Shown here piece by piece: positions 22,001 through 34,000 of a stretch of DNA of 64,000 bases (its first letter is position 1; each line of letters opens with the position of its first letter). Origin of the DNA: Mobula birostris (lineage: Eukaryota); the NCBI RefSeq assembly GCF_030028105.1, contig NC_092401.1:7660984-7724983 (forward strand), written 5' to 3'. A program made the position numbers and the translations under genes. Under the pieces are notes generated by a model that ran no database searches, had not been told where the DNA came from, and saw nothing but the letters and a program-made list of their open reading frames with translations.

Positions 22001-25000
22001 CACTTCCTACTGACTATGTAAAAACTTGCCTCTGACTCCGTGGCTCATCATAAAAGGATGTCCTCTGCTACAGCCATTACCTGCCGGGGAATTACGCGCT
22101 GGCTGTCGCCTCTTACAATCTTACGCAATCATCCTCCTTGGCTCCAAAGAGCTCACTCAGCCTTTCCACAGAAGACATGCTCTCTAATCCAGGCAGCATC
22201 CTGGTAAATCTCCTCTGCACCATCTCTAAAGCTTCTTCATCTTTCCTATAATGAGGCGACTGGACATGACTACACTGTGACTCCAAAATGCTGGAAAATG
22301 AAATTTGACTGTGTGCTGAGCTCACTTCAGAGCAGCTGTGGTCAAAGTCCCGAGAGCCTTCAATCCAGAGTTCACTCTCAGTAAACAAACCATCTCTCTC
22401 TGCAATGAGCCCAGAACTCTCGTCGTCATCAGGCTGAGAAACAACAGATTCTTTCGAGCCGCATGAGCTCCTTTTAACCAGAAGCATTTTAAGAGAGCCT
22501 TGTGCAGGGAGCAGTCCCACTGTCTGCTTCTCTGGTAGGGGGTGGGGGTGTGATTCACCACCAGGCCACAGTTTTCTCCAGGAAACACCAACCCTCATTC
22601 ATGCCACGAGGTGAAGTATCTCAGCACTAACTCACTGTGTCCACTGTGGCTCATGGGAGCACCACCAGTCTTGTTTCAAACCGTTCTGGATTGAAGTTGT
22701 ACGCCAGAGACTGGAGCACAATATCGAGGCCGGAGTGGTGGTGAACCTATGGCATGTGTGCCCAGGATGGCACAGGAAGAAACTTTGTTGGCATGCAGCA
22801 ATGCCCCTTGAGTTTTTTCATTTATTTCAATCTGTCTCTGTTATACTTTTACTAATAGTAACTTAATGAAAGCACGAATTGTTACTTATGTGTAAATAAC
22901 AATTACACATTGTAATAGAGTCCTAGAAAAGTACAGCACAGGAATAGGCCCTTCGGCCCATCTATTCCATGCCAAAACTTTGTAAACGGCCTTCTCCCAT
23001 CGACCTGCACCAGGACCATAGCCCTCCATATCCCTACCATCCATGAACTGATCCAAACTTTGCATAAACATTGAAGTCGAGCTTGTAAACATCACTTGTG
23101 CTGGCAGCTTGATCCACACCATCACGTCCCTCTAAGTGAAGAAAGTTCCCCTCATGTTTGCATTAAACCTCACCTTTTACGCTAACCCATGACCTCTGGT
23201 TGTAATCACTCCAACTTCAGTGGAAAAAGCCTGCTTGCATTTACCCTATTGACCCTTCATAACTTTGGATTCCTCCATACAATCTCTTCTCAACCTTCTA
23301 TCTACAGAGTAATAAAGTCCCAGTCATAAATAAAGGTATTGACTCTAGAAAATAGGACTCATCCTTTTTCTTTCGTAGAGTTCATAACTATTTTAACTGA
23401 TTTAGTAATCAATGATATCTATTAACCCCATCACGTCACTGCACTGAAAACACTTTAAGCCATTTTTGATAATGCTGTTCACGTTGTAAATCCATGATTG
23501 TATTTAAATATTTATGCATGTTTTATTCCACATTCATGCTTTAAACTTTATCTTTGATATTATTCCCTTGTAGTGTTGAATGTTGTTGTATTTTGTCACA
23601 GTCACTCACTCACCAACACACCAGAGCAAATGCCTAATCCATGCTGTGTATATGGTGAATGAAATTGATCCCTGATAATCTCAGCACAAAATTACCATGG
23701 CACCCAACAGACATTTTTCAGAAGATCATCACCAGTTTAGACAGACGACCCCAAAAGGGTTTGTCACCCCTCATTTCGGCTGACTTTACAGTGATGTTCT
23801 CAGGAGGTCGCACATTGGCACAGTGCCGTCCTTTAACTCAGACATTAAGCTGAAGTTCCATTTTGTAGAGTTGCCATTCTGAAGAGGAACAGAATTCACC
23901 CTTGTGCCCTGGGCATATTTTGCTTCTGTTTTTGATCTGACTGTGTAATGATATTGTACAGACAGGGAATAAAGCAACTTATTCTGCTCCCATGTCTTAT
24001 GGTCTTATGGTCTATTCCACAAAGAAACTTCCTATACTTACACAAAATCTCTGCACGATGAGAGGAGTTGGTGGAACCAATATCATTGCGGACTCTGCAC
24101 ATGTACTGACCACTGTCTCCCAGTTGGACTGAGGGAATGTGCAGTGTCTCACCACTACCGATCGTTTTTCCATCTTTGAACCAGCTCACATTCATAACTG
24201 GGTTGGCATCTGCACGACAGGTTAAAGTCTGGGATTCCCCTTCAATCCAGTCCTGCTTTCCCGAGATCTGTGCTTTCCTTGGAGAATCTGTAAAGTTGGT
24301 TGGAAATAGAAATTAAAAGCTGAAAGTTAAGAGCACAGGATCGTTTCTTGGTGATTTTTGGTGCTGACCAAGTTCCACTTCTCAGAGTAGAGAGACTTTT
24401 ACTTTAATAGCCTGTGCTACCACCAAGCACAGCAAGTCAAACACACTCAGTGGCCACTTTATTAGGTATACCTGAAGACCTTCTATGGTATTCTGCTGCT
24501 GTAGCCCGTCCTCTTCACATTTCAACATGTTGTGCATTCAGAGATGCTCTTCTGCACACCACTGTTGTAACACCTGGTTATTTGAGTTCCTGTCACTTTC
24601 CTGTCAGCTTGAACCAGTCTGGCACTCTCCTGTTAACAAGGTGATTTTGACCACTGAAGCACCGCCTACTGGATAGGTTTTGTTTTTTGCACCAATCTCT
24701 GCAACTCCTTGTGCATGAAAATCTCTGGAGGTTGGCAGCTTGAGATACTCAAACCACACTGTCTGGCACCAACAATCATTCCATAGTCAATGTCACTTAC
24801 ATGCTCATGTTTGATCTAAATGTGACTAAACCTTTCCTATCCATGGACCTGCCCAAGTGCCTTTCAGACCATTTTGAGAGGACTCAAATATAAAAGCAAA
24901 GAGGTAATGTTAAGGCTTTATGAAGCACTGGTGAGACCTCACGGAGTATTATGAGCAGTTTTAGGCCCCTTATCTGAGAAAGGATGTACTGAAACTGGAG

Positions 25001-28000
25001 AAGTTACAAAGGAGGTTCACGAAAATGATTCCTGCGTTAAAAGGCTTGTCAGATGAGCTTTTGATGGGTCTGGGTCTGAACTCACTGGAATTCAATAGGA
25101 TGAGGGGAATCTCATTGAAACCCATCGAATGTTGAACGGTCTTGATAGAGTGGATTTGGAGAGGAGAGTGGCAGAGTCCAGGGCCAGAGGACACAGCCAC
25201 AGAATAGAGGGGTGTCCTTTTCGAATGGAGATAAGGAAGAACTTCTTCAGCCAGAGAGAGGTGAATCTGTTGAATTTGTTGCCACAGACAGTTGTGGAGG
25301 CCAAGTCACTGGGTATATTTAAGGCTGAGGTTGATAGATTCTTGATTAGTCGGGGCATGAAGGGATACGGGGGGAAGGCAGGAGATTGTGGCTGAGAGGG
25401 AAAATGGATCATCCATGATGAAATGACAGAACAGACACAATGGGCCAAATGGCCTAATTCTGCTCCTATATCTTATGGTTTTTTAAATGTTACCAACATA
25501 GTTACTGAGGCTCTGTGATTTATCGACTCTTTTCTGTTTTATGTCTTTTATAATCTGTGTTTTTGCACGGTCTTTCTTTATGCCGTATCAGTGATTTAAT
25601 TTTGATGTTTGATCATCTTGTTGCCACTGTGCAACTTAAATTTGGCCCAATTTGTAAGTTTTTCATAGCGAGGGGGGTTGATGTTCTGGCAGTTCAGTGA
25701 TTTGTTTTTCTGCATGGGGGAGGGAGGATTTGACACTTGTTGCCGTCGCCATTGAAATTTGGGGAGATTTGTAAGTTCTGTTCTGTGGCATGAACGGCTT
25801 CCATATTTTACTTTGTTTCCTGGCTATCTGGAGAATACGAGTCTCAGAGTCATATGCTGCGTACATACTGTGATAATAAATGAACTTTTGAAACTTTTTC
25901 ATCTGGTAGCTCATTCCATGTACCCTCTTGATGAAAATGTTGCTCCTTGGGTTCCTGTTGCTTCTCCCCCCCTCTCAGCTTAAACTAATGCCTGCAAGTT
26001 CTACGCACCCAGCCTGGGATAAGCATCACAATCAATACCAGTACAGTATAACAGTTATCCCTAATGGAATTACTTTGTCATCTACTGAGTAATTTGCTGA
26101 ACTCTGTCAAGGGTTAACAGCAGTAAGCCTCATGCCTGTAGTTGGCACTGATTCACATTTAGAACAGTGAAAGATGTGCATTACAGCATTAATGCCTGCT
26201 AAGCATTGGTAACATCCTGCTTTTGAGGAGAGCTGAGGAAGTCTGCAGTTCATAGTAATCCCACAAGGTGGCAGTGCATCATACATTTTGATATTGAACC
26301 TGAACTCCTTTACACCTCCCTACACTGAGCCCATTCATCCCCTGAGATCCTCAAAGGAGAGAAAATGAGCATTGTTACTTCAATATTGGTGGAAATTGTA
26401 TAATTCCAATATTCCCACCTTGGAAATAGCAACAGAAAGGAAAGGTGAGAAGTTACAGATCAGATTTAATATCACCGGTACAGCTCAATGACGATTTGTT
26501 AACCTTAACGGCAGCAGCACAATGAAACGGATTACCAATAATTATAAAGAAACAAAGCTGAATTACACCAAGTATATATATTTATTTTTATGTTTACTAA
26601 ATAGTTAAATAAAAATAAGTAGTATAGAACAAAAAGTAGTGAGGTAGTGTTCATGGGTTCAATGTCATTTAGAAATCAGATAGCACATTCTAGAAGTTTT
26701 GGGCAGGTATCAGAACCCATCCCGGACTGGATTCAGGATCTCTTATTCCCTCGAACCTCTCCCCACTCCATGTTCTCTGGAACATCCAGCATAGCCAAGC
26801 TGAGGTCCCCAGAAGTGCCTGACAAAGAGTCATCGATCTGAACTGTTAACTTTGCCGGACTTGTGTGTTGCCACCATTTTGTGTGTTTTGTTTCTGAAGT
26901 GTCCCAGGGCACCCACACCTCTTCATTTGCTCCTTGAAAAGTCCTATTGAACTGAGTCACAGGGACATGATGGACAGCCTCGGACTGTATTATCTGGAGT
27001 GTATGAGACTGAGAGCTGATCTTATAAAGGTGTATAAAATCACAACCATTATCTCATGTTCTGGTTATTTATTGCTATTTATTTCAATTTGTATTTGCAC
27101 AGTTTATTGACGTCTGATTGATCCTGTTATAGTTACTATTCTGTGGATTTGCTGAGGATGCCCAGAGGCAAATGATCTCAGGGTTCTATGTGGTGACATG
27201 TATGAACTCTGACAGTAAATTTACTCTGAACTTTCAACACGAGGGCACATGTCTGAGATGAGTGGGAACATGAGACGCGTTTCTCTAGTTTGTGACAAGT
27301 TACAAAACCAGTTGTCACAGAATAGGGGAACTTCGGGTTCAGAAGGGAACGTACAAAGGACAGAGTTATGTTGACCTTTGTTAACAGGCTGGCCAGGTGA
27401 CAGGAAACCTCGAGACAAAATGCTTCAGTCAGGTTACAGTATCACAACGTGGAAAGCTGACCAGGTATGCTCCATCCACAAAGAGCAGAACAAAGCCAAC
27501 ACAATCATTTGGTGTTTGCTCCCTGACGTGGGAATACTGTATATTCCAGTTGTTCACCGGTTACTGAGTTACCAAAAGCTTTGCACAATTACCTTCACCA
27601 GACTGCGCCATTAGTTCACGAGGGAAACTTAGCAGCGCTGTAAGGGAAATCAGAAACAGGTAACAGATGTTGGCCATGTCGGTGTTGCCTGGCTCCAAAG
27701 AAACGAATCGGCAAAACAAAAAATACAAGATTTTAGTTGGGAAGGGTGAGGTGATGTGTGTGGGGGGAGTGGTAGGTCAGGAAATGGAGTTGTTGGAGGT
27801 GGAGGTCATAGAGGGGTCGCAGGAGGTTGAGGGCAAAGAGCGGTCACGGGAGGGGCAGTCAGACAGGGGTCATTGGAAGGGGGTCAGAGAGAGCACGGGG
27901 AGTCAGAGGGGCCACTGAATGAACTTGGGCCTCACGCCGCGGGGTCACTTGCTTTTCCGCCGCCGGGGGGGGGGGGGGGGGGGTGAGGCTTCCGAGCCGT

Positions 28001-31000
28001 CATGCTCTACCGTGAGCAGCACAGCGCTGTTGTGGTTGACTGAAGATTCCATTTGAATTGAGGGGTCTGGACTATATGCATATAGATTTGTCTGCTTGTG
28101 TCTTTATTATTTTTCGATATATTCCTCTATTTGTGAGGACTGGACCTCTACGCCATGTATCGCCGAGCGGCCGTTGGGCATCAGGGCCAGTCGAGAGATG
28201 ATCACAGTTACTGGGGATCTGGACTATACACGTGTATAATCTGTGTCGTTGTAATTTACTGATGTTCTGTATGGGTTTGTTGATTTGTACATGTAGGAAC
28301 TGGGCATCAAACGGCGGTGATTCCGGGTGGGGGGGGGGGTGATGTGTGGGAGGCAAACCTAGACTCTTTTATTCCGTGAATGTGTTCTTGTGTGTGACTG
28401 TTGGTTATGTGTTTTAGCACCTTGACCCCATTAGTAACGCTCTCTTGTTTGGCTGTATTCATCTGTGTTTGAATGACAATTAAACTTGAACTGAATTGAA
28501 GATGATTTGACTTGGTTCGGGTTTAGACAGAGCAAATAGTGATCAGGTGACCCTGTCAGTGGATAGCTGGAAGTCCCTCGAGTCAGAGTGCCCGGCAACC
28601 GTGGGGAGTTGAGCAAAACCCGTTCATGTGGAGTGTGTTTGTGAGGTGGAACTCTCTTCCTGAAGGCTGAGGGAGCAGAATCAATCAGGCTGAAGGATGG
28701 GCTCAAGGGAAAGTAGGCTGGAAGGCTAATGGAGCTAAATGGATTAATTTGAAATGAGCAGGGAAGGTCTTGATGGGCAGAATGGCCTCTGTTGTAATGA
28801 TTCAAGGATATAATTTTATTTTATTTAGAAATATAGTATGGTTACAGGCCATTCGGGGTCTACGAGCCTGCATCACCCAACTTCTCACATGTGACTACGT
28901 ATCTATGTCTATGAAGGTGACTCTTTGGCAGTCCCTGCCTGTTCAATACTTGTTCCACTACACTCGCCAGGGTGGTTCCATTCATTGTATGAGCCCCACC
29001 CTCAAATGGATCAGGATTGAACACCATTGACCAGCCCTCGGCCCACTCTCTTAGATAACCAGGATGTCTCTGTAAGTTACTGATAATTCTTTACTGCCTA
29101 CAATACCATTGGTACCATCTGCAAACTCACACCTTCACAGCAAAATTGTTTCTACTGTATAAATAACGAACAAAGATGTCAGTAGCAGTCGTTGTAGGAT
29201 ACCATTAACCAAAGGCCTTCAGCCCAAGAAACCGATTTCCACCATTCCCCTCTGCTTCCGACTGGCAAACCACTTGTGAATCCAGTTAACCATCTCTGCC
29301 CTGTCCCTCCTGACCACCATCCTCATGGTCTCCTCTTCAAAAAACTCTAACCAATTTTTCAGTCAAGGTTTGCCACATACAGAGCCATGCTGATTCTCCC
29401 AAATCATAACTTGTCCATCAAAAACAAGAGATTCCTATCCCGACACATATGTCGGATGTGTTCCCTTATTATTTGTCATATTAACCCAGATTGGATGAAT
29501 TGCTTTAATATTTCCTTCTAATTAACCCTCAGCTAATTTAACATAGGACATGATGGTTAGCACAACACCTTACAGTACAGGCCAACGGGGTTCAATTCCT
29601 GCCATTGCCCGTAAGGATTCTGTACATTCTCCCTGTCACCGTGTGGGTCCCCTCCGGGTGCCCTGGTTTCCTCCCACGGTCCAAAGATGTATCGGTTAGG
29701 AAGTTAATTGTTCGTTGTAAAGCGTCCCATGATCAGGCTAGGGTTAAATGAGGGTATTACTGGGCAGTGAGGCTCAAAGGGCCAGAATGGCCTATTCTGT
29801 GCTGTATCTCAATAAATAAAAATAAAAATAAAATATAACTCAGTACAGCCCTTCAGCCCATCTTGTGAACACTGACCATGATACCATTCTAACTGCCTGC
29901 ACATGGTCTGTGTCCCTCTATTCCCTGCCAGTCTAAATATTATTAAAAGTTAAATCGTACCTGCTTCTGCGAGCACGTTCCAGGAAGCTACCACTCTCTA
30001 TGTGACAAAAAATGACCTTGCATATCTTAAAGTCTTCACTCTGTCATTCACCCTCTCCCCTGTCCCGCAAACGGTCAGGTCCGCATTGGGATTTTGCTGT
30101 GTGTGGACTGAGAATACTGTTCACCATTGTACAACAGGACACTAATGTACAATGGCCCCATGTGTCTCCACAGTACTGATGCATCAAAATAGGAGAGATG
30201 ATTGATCCAGTCAAACGCTCACAAAGCAACACACACACAATGCTGGAGGGACTCAGCAGGTCAGGCAGCATCTGTGGAAATGACATTTCAAGCTGAGACC
30301 CTTCTTCAGCACTGGAAAGGAAGGGGGAAGACTGCAGGACACTCCCGTAGTTTGAAGAGTTCTGTATGGAGTGGGAGGAGCGCTTGTTGTTCGTTCATCT
30401 GCATTTGAAATAAAGAACTCAACAGTCTTTAGTGTTGATAATCAGATCACTTACACTGGACATCGAGAGTGGTGGACTGTCGTTTAACAATGGTATTGGG
30501 GTGATGGTGAAGTGTCAGCTTGGCCTCGCAGGTGAACTGCTGTCCATTCAGCTCTGCTCGTGGATTCACAGTGTGGTAGATAGTCAGCCCAGTACTGGCT
30601 GACCTGTTCACTAATATCTCACTTCCCTTCTTCAGTCTGAGTTGAAGTTCCCCTGAGACGTTTAACACACTGCAGGTAATATTCACTGGAATTCCCTCAG
30701 TGGTGATCGGGATTTGGATTTCAGGGTTGGAGAAAGCTGTAACAACAGAAAACATTGTCAGAAACTTTCTCAAAGTGATTTTTGCAGCCCTTCTGTACCA
30801 CCAGACTGAGGTAGCAAATGGAACTCTTTTGAAGTCTGTCTGTGATACAGCACCCACCTACCTCACTGTGTGTCTAGTGGCTAAAGAAAGTGCTGTGGGA
30901 ATTATCAAAATCCCCTCCCACAGTTCCCAACATCATTCACTCCTGACCCAATCTCATCAAAGCAAATGACACGTTGGTTCAGTGCATCCGACAGAGTGGA

Positions 31001-34000
31001 ACTTTGCAGCACACACACACATAAACACACATGTAGCCCCCCTGGCCAGCCTCAGGGTCGCTCAGCTCGCTGTCGTCTAGGGAAACAGTCCTCGGCCCCG
31101 CCAAACTGGGTAATTAGTTTGTGTGGATGCTGTGTGATGTACCCCACCCCGCCCAAATAACAGACAATACACGATATACGATTAAATGAATTACAGTTTA
31201 TAGATATTACTGGAACTATATAATTAATAGAGAATAAAATATAAAAGGAAAGTAAAAGGCACCACACTTCTCGAAGTTCAATCACTACATGCACAAACAG
31301 TTGGAGCTTGGGACCCCCCTTCTTCACCCAGCGTCTCCCCTCGGACCTCCTCGACCTGCTGCCTGGGACCAACAACGGTGGTTGACCAGATGCTCCACAC
31401 GACTCCATCTCTGTCTCCTCTCCTCGCCGAACACCCTGGACCTCGGACTCCTGCTCGGGGTCGGACCCCGTTAGCGGACTCACAGCACCCGGTCCATCCT
31501 CTGTCTCTCTCTCTCTCTCTCTCTTCTGCCTTCTCCCCAAAAACCCGCACAACACACTAACTTACAGACACACAGAAAGCATAACATCCATCCCAATTGG
31601 TTTCTTCACCTTCCCATCAGTAACATAATCCAAATAAACTGCTAGCGGGAGGACTTTCTCAGCAGTTAACATAACAAAGAAGCCATTTTAACTAGACTAC
31701 GCAGTAACATAAAAGAAACCCCTTACACACTCATATACACACACGTAAACACATACACACATGTAAACACGCACATATACACACAGATTTATTTACAATG
31801 TCTTTGAGTCTGAGCAATCCTGGAAAATTGTCATTCACCACCACAACAGGGTTGACTTGGCCAGTAACCAGCCAGTGGTTTCTCAGACATTTCAGATGGC
31901 ATTTTACCTTCAAAGCAATGGTAAATAATCCACAGAATTAATTCCTTGGGTATGAAGTACTTCGGTGTATTGTGAGGGTGGAATATATTTTACTGACAAT
32001 ATATATATGTTGTGAAATTTGTGGATTTATAGCAGCAGTACAGTGCAATACATAAATTAAATGATAAATTGCAATTAGATATACAGTTACACACACACAA
32101 TACCTAATTGTGACTTATAGATTATTTTATCTATTGCGCTGTACTGCTGCCACAAATCAACAAAATTCACAACACATATCAATAATGATAAACCTGATTC
32201 TGATTTAACTTTGCTGCAAACTTCTGTCTCCTTTCTATCTAATGATACGTTTGCTGGCAGCCTTTGATCCCACATTCAGTTTCTATCTCTGACAAATTCA
32301 ATTGCCGGTCGCTGCTTCTGCAATACAATCTTATCCTGGTACATCAGATTTCTGAATGGATGTGCACTACCTCAGTATTTGATTTTTGCTCTCTTTTTGC
32401 AATATAGATATGTACATCTTACTGTAATTTATAATTTGTTCTTGTTATTCTGCTTAACATTGTACTGCTGCTGCAAAACAATAAATTTCATGACATGTGC
32501 CAAGGGTGTTGAACCTGATTCTGATTAATGTCTAGGCTCAGTCTCATGCTCCATTGAACCTGCTCCATTGATAAACCCATGGCTAAATAACTACAACTGA
32601 TTCAAAGGTTCATTTTATTGTCAAAGTTTGTATTCAGAATACAACTCTGATATTCGTCTTCCCCAGATAGCCATGAATTTCAGAAAAACTGTGGGAGTTG
32701 AAAGAAAAGACATTGACCACCTCCCACTGACCTACCCACTCCCTGCATGAAAAAGGAAAAGAAACAAATCTGGGCAAACACTCCACCCCTCCCTTTTACA
32801 AAATAAGCTAACAGATCGCCCACATAGAAAACAGCAGCTGGAACATCAAACCCCAAGCCTCCCAACCCCTGCCACACACAAAAGCTATCAGATCGCCAAC
32901 ATGGAAAACGGCAGCTAGAACAAATCCCAAACTCCCAATGCCCTCCCTCATGAAGATAAACAGGAATAATAACATCAAACCCCCCCCCCCCAAGCTCCCT
33001 CCCTTAAAGCCTATATTCCTTTTTCCCCAGAATTCTATTCATTTTTGTTTGAAATACCGATTGACTGCAAATCTGCTCCATGTTGCTGCCTGTTGACTGT
33101 CTAGGAGCAGGAAGGAAACTCTAAAACATTACTGTCTAGTCAAAGTGCTCAATTATCCAGCATACTTACCATACACGTCAATGGTAATGCTATCATTCTT
33201 TGATGAAACTGATGGATAGTCCTGAAAATCTGCCATGCAGTTGAGTTCAGTCAGACCGGTCTCTCGTGGTATCCATGTAGCTGTTGTCTGGACTGTGGTG
33301 GGATTTGATCTACTGACAACTGAATTCCATTCCTCACCATCCTGAAACCACCTTAATCTCACCTTCTCAGCAGGGTAGACATTTGAGACCTCACACGTCA
33401 ATGTGGTCTCCTGATTTACTTCTACAGAGTCTCTGTTGAGGATCCTTGGAGGCTCTGGAAAAGCTGTAATACACATAAGAAATTCACTGCATATTGGTTT
33501 GCCTTGGCCTGTTTCAGATACTGATGGAATGATGCAAAACTGACCAGATCTTTATAAGCCTCTGTACACAACCAGGAGTTCATCAAACCCATGTCAGTAT
33601 GAGCAGGTTCCATACTTTGCTCTTCCTCTGACTCTTCCTGTTCTTCAGGCATCCCAAAAATCTAACTCTGCTCCTCCCATGGGCAGTGATACAGGAGTAA
33701 ACGCTCACTGACTTATCAAGAGTGTGGTCTCAGTGAGCAGCTAGTTTGGGGTGGCACGGTAGTGTAGTGGTTAGCACAACGCTTTACAGTGCAGGTGATC
33801 CCTGTTCAATTCCCGATGCTGCCTGTAAGGAGTTTGTACGTTTTCCTGTGACCATGTGGGTTTCCTCCCACAGTCCAAAGACGTACTGATTGGTGGGTGA
33901 ACTGGTCATTGTAAATGGGTGTGTGATTAGGCTCAGGTTAAAATGGTGGATTGATGGGCAGCGTGACTCGAAGGGCCGGGAGGCCCAATTCTGTGTTGTT

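Noticed and set aside
31052-31560. Several 60-170 aa ORFs (also 57142-57497)
   Set aside because: They lie within the solo LTRs and are not conserved in frame between the two copies.
32005-32200. Inverted repeat of ~85 bp
   Set aside because: Two LINE 3' tails in opposite orientation; a common arrangement with no distinct element boundaries.
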